Assembly (NCBI GenBank): GCA_040222015.1
Contig: JAVJWO010000168.1
Span: 1-19,513, forward strand
Direction of reading: 5' to 3'
Source: Coleofasciculus chthonoplastes F2-STO-03
GTDB lineage: Bacteria; Cyanobacteriota; Cyanobacteriia; Cyanobacteriales; Coleofasciculaceae
DNA: 19,513 nucleotides
Shown: in pieces, positions 8,921 to 17,057 of the stretch
Layout of the letters: the number at the start of each line of letters is the position of its first letter
Position numbering within the stretch: position 1 is the first letter of the stretch
Position numbers and translations under genes: made by a program
Notes under the pieces: generated by a model
What the model saw: only the letters and a program-made list of their open reading frames with translations
What the model was told of the DNA's origin: nothing
The model's database searches: none

Positions 8921-8967
8921 CGCAAAAATTTCCCCCTGTCTTAGGTGACTGGGGGATTTTGCGCTTT
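8921..8967 (+). terminator. Stem-loop terminator after 6S RNA
   Basis: CGCAAAAATTTCCCCCTGTC-loop-GACTGGGGGATTTTGCG followed by CTTT. Confidence 0.7.
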
Positions 8968-9049
8968 GGCTTAAGTTGACACGAATGACCGACATGCGCC
9001 CAATTCAATGGTAAAATTTACTCCACCATTTTAGCTGTGCCAACGCCAA

Positions 9050-9078
9050 GTAGGTTGGGTTGAGGAACGAAACCCAAC
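9050..9078. repeat. REP-like element GTAGGTTGGGTT...AACCCAAC
   Basis: Inverted arms; related copy at 14542-14572. Confidence 0.75.
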
Positions 9079-9210
9079 AAACCCAACGCCATTGTTCGCT
9101 TGAATATGGTGTGCAATCCTAACAGGCTCCCCAGAAGGCAAAAGGCAAATAGTATAAAAGAAAAAAGACCCCAACCGATAAAGGGGGTTTCCAGCGTGGA
9201 TTGAGTATCA

Positions 9211-10254
9211 TTACTCTACAGTACCTATTCGGTTAGGGGGCCAATATCGTTTAGTTGCTTTACCAATAACATTTTCTATAGGAACAAACCCCCAATAGTG
9301 ACTATCATAACTGTTATTGCGGTTATCGCCTAGGACAAAGTAAGAATTAGGCGGTACAGTGACAGGATCATAAGTATACTCTGGAGGCTCTTCAATATAG
9401 TTTTCCTCTAAAGGTTGATCATTGATATAAACCTGACCCGCTTTAACTTCTACTTTCTCTCCGGGTAGACCGATGATACGCTTAATGAATGCATCTTTAA
9501 AATTTTGCTGCTTGAGAGCTTCTGTGGGAGAAAACACCACAATATCTCCTCGTTGTGGCTTTTGGAAGTGGTAACTCCACTTATTAATGAGTAAACGATC
9601 ATTAATTTGTAGTGTCGGCTCCATTGCACCTGATGGGATATAACGGGATTCAGCGACAAAGTTTCTTATCCCACTTGGCAAAAAATTGCTAATAATCACA
9701 AAAAGAGAAACAAGAAGAGAAACAATTAGTATAGGCTTCCATGTTCTCTCGCGTCGAATAGGTGAAGCCGCATAAGCGCGATAAACAACGAACCCCATGA
9801 AAAAAAAGAGCAATCCGGGAATCAAGCCAGAAATGATAAACAGGATAAACCACAAAATTCCTGTCCATTTTTTTAGGTATAGATGTCCCAATCCTGGTAT
9901 AATCTGAGACAAAAAAACGGCTAGCCATGGATCTTTGTTTCTGATTCTAAACTTTTCAAAACGAGGCGAGTTTGAGCGTTTAACACAGCGATAAGCATCA
10001 AATAAGTTCCAGACTACCAGGTATAATAGCCCCAGTCCTAATACAGTAAAAACGGTTATATTCCCCAGAGTGCTGAAGGCTAAGTTTATCGCTAAACCGA
10101 TTAACACTATGTAACTGACGCTAATAATCAATCCGCGAGTTACTTGACCTGCATAAATTTGCCCTAAACCTGGAAAAAACCTAGATAAGTTAACAGCTAA
10201 CCAAGGTTCTTTTCCAGGGGGACAGTGAGATTTAATTTGCTTTGATTTCGACAT
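9211..10254 (-). CDS. lepB: Signal peptidase I with an extended multi-transmembrane N-terminus
   Basis: YIPSGAMEPTL (catalytic Ser), RGDIVVF, FIKRIIGLPGE (catalytic Lys), GDNRNNSYDSHYWG. About 190 aa hydrophobic N-terminal extension with a duplicated PWLAV.LS...PGLG..Y motif. Confidence 0.93.
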   Translation of the reverse strand: MSKSKQIKSHCPPGKEPWLAVNLSRFFPGLGQIYAGQVTRGLIISVSYIVLIGLAINLAFSTLGNITVFTVLGLGLLYLVVWNLFDAYRCVKRSNSPRFEKFRIRNKDPWLAVFLSQIIPGLGHLYLKKWTGILWFILFIISGLIPGLLFFFMGFVVYRAYAASPIRRERTWKPILIVSLLVSLFVIISNFLPSGIRNFVAESRYIPSGAMEPTLQINDRLLINKWSYHFQKPQRGDIVVFSPTEALKQQNFKDAFIKRIIGLPGEKVEVKAGQVYINDQPLEENYIEEPPEYTYDPVTVPPNSYFVLGDNRNNSYDSHYWGFVPIENVIGKATKRYWPPNRIGTVE

Positions 10255-10471
10255 AATTTCACATATCGCTATCTATACACACAAACGAACCTGATACTTG
10301 TGAATAATTGGCAGAAATTTTTGTAGTGTAGGAGAAACGCGATCGCATAACAGTAGATCAGCCATGCGGGACACCACCATCCCCAAGAGAGCGATAATAT
10401 AATAGCACCACGCACAGCGCGATCGCACGCTCATCAGTTGGCGGATTTGGTGGTTCTCCTTGGAAAATTGT

Positions 10472-10531
10472 GTAGGGGCGGGTTTGACTACTATCTTTTC
10501 CGTTGCACCCAGATGAGACTAAACCCGCCCC
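10472..10531. repeat. REP-like element GTAGGGGCGGGTTT...AAACCCGCCCC
   Basis: Same arms as 7543-7605 with a different loop. Confidence 0.8.
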
Positions 10532-10547
10532 GACTGAGGTTTATAGC

Positions 10548-10709
10548 CTACTCTTTCATTTCTGCAAGGCTAGTTTGCATTTGCTGGAGGAGTGGGGGAA
10601 TGTTGATTTGAATGACTTCCCACAGAATTTTAATATCAACTTCTTTGTACTCATGAACAACTCGGTTACGCATTCCTCGAATTGCGTTAATAGGAATTTC
10701 TGGATGTAC
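10548..10709 (-). pseudogene. 3' half of a HepT/DUF86-type HEPN ribonuclease toxin gene
   Basis: Manual translation: VHPEIPINAIRGMRNRVVHEYKEVDIKILWEVIQINIPPLLQQMQTSLAEMKE*, with the HEPN R-x4-H motif (RNRVVH). An in-frame TGA lies upstream at 10742-10740; no N-terminal half or MNT partner is present. Confidence 0.8.
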
Positions 10710-10898
10710 CCAGGGACTCTGGGGGAAAGAAATTGGCTGTCAAGTCGGGTTTCTCAGTCGCGGGGATGGGATAAAATGGGAATACTATCCTGAAGCTGTT
10801 GCATCATCCTAACCACGGAAACTGAAATCTTAGCTATGCTCCCCAATCTACCCCAAATTCTCCCGATGAATGAGAATCAAACCCAACGAGAATAAAAT

Positions 10899-11231
10899 AT
10901 GGTTTTCTTACCAAAAGACTCCATTATTAACCCATCAAAACTCACTCACTATTTACTCGTCCAACTGCCTAAAGATGATAAATCTAAATTCTTGGCACAG
11001 GCAGGATATACATTAGAGAATTGGCAACAACTCGAACAAGATTTAAGAACCCAAGTCCTCACTCAACCTGCTGAACCCATCGAAACCACCCCCTATGGTC
11101 AAAAATATAGGATTCGTGCAACATTGCGAGGTCAAAATGGCATTGAACTAAAAACCTTAACAATATGGATGACCAATAATAATGGAACCAGATTTGTAAC
11201 CCTAGTACCCGACAAAGGAGAACATCAATGA
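10899..11231 (+). CDS. DUF6883-like protein (putative toxin/nuclease)
   Basis: KLTHYLL...DDKSKFLAQAGY...TPYGQKY...TIW...RFVTLVP pattern; overlaps the next gene by ATGA. Confidence 0.75.
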   Translation: MVFLPKDSIINPSKLTHYLLVQLPKDDKSKFLAQAGYTLENWQQLEQDLRTQVLTQPAEPIETTPYGQKYRIRATLRGQNGIELKTLTIWMTNNNGTRFVTLVPDKGEHQ

Positions 11232-11551
11232 AACCTCAACATCCTCTATTTTCCCAAGTTGCCCTCACTGGAGACTTGCCCCAATATCACCTCAAACGGG
11301 GTGATATTGCCACGATTGTTGAACATTATTCCACGCCAGAGTCCCAAGAAGATGGGTATAGTTTAGAAGGGTTTGATGTTCCTCAAATTACCATTGAAGT
11401 GACGGCATCACAGATTATGCCCCTGAGTGACTATTTAAGAGAAGAAGCAATTTTAAGTAAATTTCGCAACCTGTCAGAACACCGACAAAAACAACTGGAA
11501 GAATACCTTGATTTTCTTTTGCAAAAAGACCAAACGACTCCGGTGAATTAA
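11228..11551 (+). CDS. DUF4926-like protein (putative antitoxin) with a C-terminal helical extension
   Basis: VALTGDLPQYHLKRGDIATIVEHY...DGYSLE; AAGGAG RBS; translationally coupled to the upstream gene. Confidence 0.75.
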   Translation: MKPQHPLFSQVALTGDLPQYHLKRGDIATIVEHYSTPESQEDGYSLEGFDVPQITIEVTASQIMPLSDYLREEAILSKFRNLSEHRQKQLEEYLDFLLQKDQTTPVN

Positions 11552-11583
11552 GAAATTGAGGTTTTAGCGTCTGTGGGGGAAAA

Positions 11584-11598
11584 AGAAACCGGGTTTCT
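11584..11598. repeat. AGAAACCGGGTTTCT palindromic repeat
   Basis: Perfect 7-bp arms; overlaps the first codons of the CHAT remnant; degenerate relative at ~10718-10754. Confidence 0.7.
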
Positions 11599-11822
11599 AT
11601 CAAATTTTACCGGACTATCCCTCGGTCACGGCTGCCCTGCAAGCGGCTCAAACCTGGTTACGGGGTTTATCTTCTGATGATGTTCTCCACTGGCTGCAAC
11701 ATGACCTGAAGGCGACGGAGGAAGAAGTGGAAGCAGTGAAAGACCGTTTGTATTTATTTGAGGATGACCCCCCCTTCGCAGAAGCCTATTATTGGTCAGC
11801 GTTTACGGCTATCGGTTTATAA
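11595..11822 (+). pseudogene. 3' fragment of a CHAT-domain (caspase-like) protein gene
   Basis: Manual translation: FYQILPDYPSVTAALQAAQTWLRGL...DDPPFAEAYYWSAFTAIGL*, matching the FY..L...AL..AQ..LR...PF..PYYW.AF...G CHAT C-terminus. No start codon and no catalytic His/Cys region. Confidence 0.85.
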
Positions 11823-11825
11823 TTG
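11763..11825 (+). repeat. Direct repeat copy 1 (CHAT gene 3' end)
   Basis: Matches 14202-14265 with 9 substitutions and 1 indel; identical 26-bp core GCCTATTATTGGTCAGCGTTTACGGC at 11784-11809 and 14224-14249. Confidence 0.9.
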
Positions 11826-11869
11826 GGGATGACCGTCAAGATGATTTCTAAAGTGATTTGATAAATTAA

Positions 11870-13276
11870 ATGTATATTGACCTCAAGCGAATTCGGATAG
11901 AGTGTCTCTTTGACGCTTATAATTTGGATGTCCCCATTCAAGACAATACTTTAATCATAGTTGGTGAAAATGGATCGGGTAAAAGTACACTGATTAATTT
12001 ATTATATTACACCTTAACGGCTCAGTGGGAACGTCTAGCCCAGCTTCGCTTTCATTCCTGCATTGTTACAATTGGCAATGAAGAATATATCCTCAAAAGA
12101 GAAGATTTACCCGCTGCTCAAAATATGAGCCGTAGCCGTCAAAGATTCGTTCTTAAGTATTTTGAAAATAGGTTATCTGCACAAGAACTTGAAAGTCTGC
12201 TCAATGAATTAGCCGAGCATGGCTCAAAATACTGGTTGTCAAAAAACAGATTTATGGGATTAAGACATAAATTCCCTGAAATTTCACCTGGAGCATTGCG
12301 AGATATAGCTAAAATCAATCCAAATTTTGCATCTTTAGATGAAAATGAAGAAAGCAAGGTTACAGATAGACTGGCTGAAGCTGTCCAATCTAACTCTAAA
12401 GAACAAGTCTTATTTTTGCCCACTTATCGCAGGATTGAAAAAGAATTAAGCGATGTTTTTCCTGATATAGACTTGGATGATGTCTTCCCTTTTTCTAAAA
12501 CTAATCGTTATCGGAAGAAGCCACGATCTGGATATGTCGAACTGGTTGAGTTTGGTATGGAAGATGTAATTCGGGCATTTGACTCAACCTTATCAGACTT
12601 GGATCAAAATTTTCGCACTGAACTGAATCGATTGACTGGGAGTTACTTAGGGGATATTATTCGTAATAACTATAAAAATGTTGAGGCATCTCAACTGTCT
12701 ACTGAATAATTTACGGAAACAATCAAGGTGATGCTTCCTCGGATTGGGGATATTCTTTCAGAAGGCGATCGCAAAAAACTGGGAGAACTCCTTGAAGATG
12801 TAAAAATCAACAAAGATTTATCAGAAGAACAACGGGTTCCCGCTTATTTTTTGACTCGTTTGGTCGAAATTCATAAAATTCAACAGGAAAAGGAACGCCC
12901 AATTAGAAACCTAGTTGATTTGGTCAATCAGTATCTCAGCAACAAAGAGCTAGAATTCAACCCCAGTAAATTTAAGTTAGCTATTAAACGCAAAAGCAAA
13001 GATATGGAAGTACCAATACCAGGTTTATCATCTGGGGAAAAGCAAATTATCTCATTATTTTCTCATATATTTTTAAGTGATTATAGTCAGTATTTTTTGG
13101 TCATTGATGAACCAGAATTATCCATATCTGTCCCTTGGCAACGCCGATTTCTTCAGGACTTGAAAGATACCGAAAAATGCTCTGGTTTAATTGCCGTGAC
13201 TCATTCTCCTTTTGTGTTTGAAAATTCACTGGCGGAATATGCACATTCTATCAGTGAGTTTATCGAGGAGATTTGA
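11870..13276 (+). pseudogene. ABC/AAA-family ATPase, PARIS AriA-like, interrupted by one in-frame TAA at 12707-12709
   Basis: Walker A GENGSGKST, signature LSSGEKQ, Walker B/D-loop LVIDEPELS and H-loop VTHSP. ORFs 11870..12709 and 12728..13276 are in the same frame, giving 468 codons if read through. Confidence 0.85.
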
Positions 13277-13278
13277 AG

Positions 13279-14202
13279 ATGTCATCTTTCTTGGATGCTT
13301 TGAAGGCTGCACCGAAATCATCCCAAGCTAAATTAAATATATTTCTCCTAAGTTTTCAACCCCAAGGTCAGGCGATCGCAATTTTTCTGGAGGGACGCGA
13401 CGATCCTTCCTTGATCCGAGTCAACGTTCAACGCTTCGCTGAACAGAAGGCTTTATCGGTCGAAACGATTATATTGGGGAATAAAAAGGAAGTGTTGAAT
13501 GCTTATGATTATCTAGGCTAACGATTTCCAAACAACCCCAGAATCATGTTTTTTGTGGATAAAGATCATGATGACTTCATCGGTGAAACTCGGGGAACAA
13601 AAACTCAGCAAGGCTTATTCGTCACCCAACACTACTCTATTGAGAATTATCTGGTTTCAGAAACAGCTATTGCCACGATATTAACCGATTGTTGGGGTTT
13701 GGATTCATCCAGTGATGCGATCAGAATCGCCTGCCAAAAATTTAATCAATTGCAACAGGATTATCGTCAAGTTTTTTTACCGTGGATGGCGTGGCTTTTA
13801 GCTACTCGTCGATTAGGAGAAAAACCCAACACCAATAATATAAACATTTTAATCCTGACTCTCGATATAAATTATCAAATTCGGCTCAACTGGCAACCTG
13901 ACATTTTTGCTCACTTAGGGAGAGTCTGTAATGTCAATATCCAGCCCGATCCGAGGACAATTAACTCCACCAGCAGAGAACTGGAAGCGTTACCGACAAA
14001 AGTTTGGTTGCGGGGAAAACAAGAACTCTGGTGTTTAATTAAGTTTCTGAATCGACTGGAAGAAGAGGTCAAAACCGGAAAAGTCAAGCTAAAAATTAGA
14101 TCGCCGATCAATATCAAAAATATCGTAGAATTGCTGGCCCCCCGTCTACCCTGTCCTTCAGATTTAAGAGATTACCTAACCAATAGACTCGGTAGTTTAT
14201 AG
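13279..14202 (+). pseudogene. DUF4435/TOPRIM nuclease, PARIS AriB-like, interrupted by one in-frame TAA at 13519-13521
   Basis: TOPRIM motifs FLEGRDD and FFVDKDHD, plus YSIENY and LRGK. GAGGAG RBS at 13265-13270 precedes ATG 13279. The two track ORFs are in frame, giving 307 codons if read through. Confidence 0.8.
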
Positions 14203-14265
14203 ATGACCCCCCCCTTTGCTCATGCCTATTATTGGTCAGCGTTTACGGCGGCGGGATTATAATTG
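14202..14265 (+). repeat. Direct repeat copy 2 (CHAT gene 3' end)
   Basis: Encodes ...PFAHAYYWSAFTAAGL* with one extra C in the poly-C run; begins on the last base of the TOPRIM gene TAG. Confidence 0.9.
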
Positions 14266-14347
14266 AGTCAGGAGCGCGAGCCGGGAAAACTCTGGCTAAT
14301 CCTGAAGTTGACCCAGAAAATCAAGGTAAGCGTGGGAGGGTGAGCGG

Positions 14348-14545
14348 ATGCAAATTACTCTGAATCTACCGGATAGCCTTAGCCAAACTGAAACCTTTAA
14401 TCAGAACGACTGGCTTAGGGAAATTGCTGTCGCCCTATTTGAACAAGAGCGGGTTTCTCTCAGCCGTGCCAGCACAATTGCGGCGATGGATATTATGGAC
14501 TTTCAAAAATTGATTAAAAAGGGGCGACCAGACTCTAATTCGTAG
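14348..14545 (+). pseudogene. UPF0175-family antitoxin-like gene, probably 3'-truncated
   Basis: MQITLNLPDSL...LREIAVALFEQERVSLSRAS..A.M...FQKL. The family-like sequence stops at ~14515 and the stop codon falls in a REP; no PIN toxin follows. Confidence 0.7.
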
Positions 14546-14572
14546 GTTGGGTGAAATGAAATGTAACCCAAC
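14542..14572. repeat. REP-like element GTAGGTTGGGT...ACCCAAC
   Basis: Inverted arms; related to 9050-9078. Confidence 0.7.
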
Positions 14573-14629
14573 ATTAGGGTTTGATGAGGAATACAATTTA
14601 ACCGCGTTAATTGGTTGCTTGGTTATAGA

Positions 14630-14767
14630 TTATGCTTGGTTATCCCAATCTTCAGAAGTTAATGGAGGTTGTCTACCATGACGGACATGAAGCACATAAA
14701 CCACATCATCTCGAATCACAAACAGAATACGATAAATACTTGGCTGTTTTTTACCGTAGAGAAGTTG
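14630..14767 (-). pseudogene. 3' half of a RelE/ParE-family toxin gene
   Basis: Manual translation: QLLYGKKQPSIYRILFVIRDDVVYVLHVRHGRQPPLTSEDWDNQA*, with the YRILF.I....V.VLHVRH motif. The 5' half is replaced by repeat sequence. Confidence 0.8.
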
Positions 14768-14778
14768 CTCTCATCCTT

Positions 14779-14834
14779 GTAGTGCGAGCCAGCAAGCTCG
14801 CTACCCATTCCCAATTTAAATGCATGACAGCTTA
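14779..14834. repeat. REP-like hairpin plus a possible MITE-like terminal repeat
   Basis: GTAGTGCGAGC-CAGCAA-GCTCGCTAC hairpin followed by CCAATTTAAATGCATGACAGCTTA, which I recall as a dispersed cyanobacterial repeat end. Confidence 0.55.
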
Positions 14835-14851
14835 ACTTACCAAAGCGTTCA

Positions 14852-15027
14852 GTGCGTTACGCTTCGCTAACTCAGTAATGGTGCGTTACGCTTCGCTAAC
14901 TCAGTAATGGTGCGTTACGCTTCGCTAACTCAGTAATGGTGCGTTACGCTTCGCTAACTCAGTAATGGTGCGTTACGCTTTCGCTAACTCAGTAATGGTG
15001 CGTTACGCTTTCGCTAACGCACCCTAC
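14852..15027. repeat. Tandem array of a 29/30-bp unit ending in an intact REP
   Basis: GTGCGTTACGCT(T)TCGCTAACTCAGTAATG at 14852, 14881, 14910, 14939 (29 bp) and 14968 (30 bp), then GTGCGTTACGCTTTCGCTAACGCACCCTAC. Confidence 0.95.
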
Positions 15028-15082
15028 AATTTTCGACAATTCGGCTACAATTTGATGGTTGAAAATGGGGCAAAATCTGAGC

Positions 15083-16627
15083 TTATAACCCCAAATCCAC
15101 CGCCACCCGATGGGCGCAAGCAAACCCGGAAAACGCCACTGCATTTAACCCTTGTCCCGGAAATGTACTATCCCCCACACAATATAATCCCGGAATCGCT
15201 GTTCGATTAAATGGCATTCCTAATAACCCCCTTAACTTGCGGCGCGGAATTGGTCCATAGGTGCCATCCTCACGCCCTAAAAACCGTCGATGACTGCGGG
15301 CGGTTCCTACTTCCATATAATCCAATCCCGCATCTAAACCGGGAAAAATTGCCTCTAATCGTTCAATAATTCGCCCAGCCGCTTCTTCCTTTTTCTCCTC
15401 ATACTCCTTCGCCGATAAACCCTGCCAATTCTCCATCCAACTCGGCGTAAAAGTATGCATAATATGATAGCCTTCCGGGGCTAAGTCGGGGTCAAGTAAT
15501 GTGGGAATCGAAACAAAAATTGTCCCCTCAGCCTCCTCCATCTTGTCCCATTCTTCCAATAAAATATGGTGACATTCTGTTCCGGGCGGGAAAACCTTTT
15601 CCTCAACCCCTAAATGCAAACTCAAAAAACTGGGTGATTTCTGATACCGCTGCTGCCACTTTTCCTCACTTGCAGGCATCTGTTCTGGGGGCAATAATTT
15701 CTCAAAGGTATCCCAGCGCGTCGCATTAGACACCACCCGCTTTGCCCGATATTCTTCCCCTGTAGCTAACCGCACGCCTACAGCTTTTCCCTGTTCGGTT
15801 AAAATTTCGCTGACTCTGGCTGAATAGCGAATTTGTCCCCCAGTTTTCTCCAATCCCTTAACTAATTTCTGGGCAATTTCACCCACACCCCCTTTAGGGT
15901 AATTAATTCCCCCATAATGGCGGTCAGAAAATACCATTCCTGCATTAATCATGGGTGTCTTATCCGCAGGTACAACTGACCAACAGTAACATTCCATATC
16001 AATAAACTGGAGTAACTGAGGGTCATGGATATAGCGACGGGCAATATCTCCAGCATTCTGGGGTAAATATTTTACTAATCCTAAACAGGCTAAAGGATGC
16101 TGGAAAAATACCCGCATCAGATAACGAGGTTCTTCTAGCGACAGCAATTCCATCGCGTTAAGGCAATTAAATACCTTCCAGCATTCATCATAAAATTTAC
16201 GGATTCCCCGCCGTTCATGGGGAAAATGTTCCGTCAATTCCTGTAAGAATTTCTCATAGTTTCGATGAACTTTCAGGTCTAATCCTTCCGGTAAATGATA
16301 GTGAATCTGAACGTCATCGGGAATCGTTTCCACACCAACATTTACCGCGTCTAAGGCTTGAGTCAATAGATTCGTGGTTCCTTCAGTACCAAAACCAAAA
16401 ATCATTGACGCGCCAACGTCGAATCGATAGCCTTCGCGTTCAAAGTATCCAGCACTACCACCCGGAATCAGATAGCGTTCCAGTACCAGCACCTTGGCAC
16501 CCTTAGCAGCTAGCTGAGTCGCCGTCACAAGTCCGCCAATACCAGAACCAATGACAATGACATCAAATACCGAGGTTTCGTTCGGAGCGTGATTAGTTGA
16601 CGAGGGAGATTGAGAAGCAATAGCCAT
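15083..16627 (-). CDS. crtH: Carotenoid (prolycopene) isomerase
   Basis: [68 protein letters not shown]. Confidence 0.95.
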   Translation of the reverse strand: MAIASQSPSSTNHAPNETSVFDVIVIGSGIGGLVTATQLAAKGAKVLVLERYLIPGGSAGYFEREGYRFDVGASMIFGFGTEGTTNLLTQALDAVNVGVETIPDDVQIHYHLPEGLDLKVHRNYEKFLQELTEHFPHERRGIRKFYDECWKVFNCLNAMELLSLEEPRYLMRVFFQHPLACLGLVKYLPQNAGDIARRYIHDPQLLQFIDMECYCWSVVPADKTPMINAGMVFSDRHYGGINYPKGGVGEIAQKLVKGLEKTGGQIRYSARVSEILTEQGKAVGVRLATGEEYRAKRVVSNATRWDTFEKLLPPEQMPASEEKWQQRYQKSPSFLSLHLGVEEKVFPPGTECHHILLEEWDKMEEAEGTIFVSIPTLLDPDLAPEGYHIMHTFTPSWMENWQGLSAKEYEEKKEEAAGRIIERLEAIFPGLDAGLDYMEVGTARSHRRFLGREDGTYGPIPRRKLRGLLGMPFNRTAIPGLYCVGDSTFPGQGLNAVAFSGFACAHRVAVDLGL

Positions 16628-16766
16628 GAATTATCAGACGAGAGAGGTCTTTATACAAGTTCGAGTTTAACTTTTCTCTATTCTCCCTTCCAGACGTGTC
16701 ATGGCAGACGTGCCATGCTACGCAATACTGCTCGGCTCAACTCTCATTTAATTTTTTCTCCCTCAT

Positions 16767-16802
16767 CTCCCAGACGTAGCATGCTACGTCTCTACAACCC
16801 CA
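16767..16802. repeat. 36-bp REP-containing repeat, exact inverted partner of 17724-17759
   Basis: CTCCCAGACGTAGCATGCTACGTCTCTACAACCCCA; degenerate pieces also at ~16690-16721. Confidence 0.9.
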
Positions 16803-16817
16803 TCTCCCCCATCTGCC

Positions 16818-16894
16818 AAAAAAAAAGAGGGTGGTTCAGGCTGCTACCGCTTGCCCGTCCCACCTACCAATCCTTAATGAGAGGAGAACACTGA
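16818..16894 (-). ncRNA. isaR1: IsaR1 iron-stress-activated sRNA
   Basis: Minus strand CAGTGTTCTCCTCTCATTAAGGATTGGTAGGTGGGACGGG...CCTGAACCACCCTC-T9. The 5' seed matches my recollection of IsaR1. It has an intrinsic terminator and lies next to upp, the reported synteny. Confidence 0.85.
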
Positions 16895-16899
16895 GGACT

Positions 16900-16954
16900 A
16901 CTATATCCTTGTTGAAAATTAATGTCAACACTAATGCAAATAATTAGCAATAAA
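16900..16954 (-). promoter_or_regulatory. IsaR1 promoter with upstream Fur-box-like palindrome
   Basis: TTGACA (16928-16923), 17 nt, TATAGT (16905-16900); AT-rich inverted repeat AATGCAAATAATTAGCAAT at 16933-16951. Confidence 0.75.
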
Positions 16955-17057
16955 TGGGCAAATACAGCATTTAGCCCGGATACCATCTCGGCAGTCGGGA
17001 AAAAAAGCATTATCATGATTCAGTTTAGGTATTCCTTCGTCGTTATCAGTTTCTACT

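Noticed and set aside
8591..9008. Three overlapping minus-strand ORFs, possibly a frameshifted gene
   Set aside because: No protein motifs; the region is explained by 6S RNA with its promoter and terminator on the plus strand.
10503..10793. 96-aa plus-strand ORF
   Set aside because: Antisense shadow of the HEPN remnant; it starts inside a REP.
14632..14835. 67-aa plus-strand ORF
   Set aside because: Antisense shadow of the ParE remnant plus repeat sequence.
14852..15027. Possible CRISPR array (29-30 bp repeats)
   Set aside because: Units are head-to-tail with no unique spacers, no cas genes are nearby, and the unit derives from a REP.
14965..15210. 81-aa ORF with repeated MVRYAFAN
   Set aside because: Translation of the tandem array running antisense into crtH.
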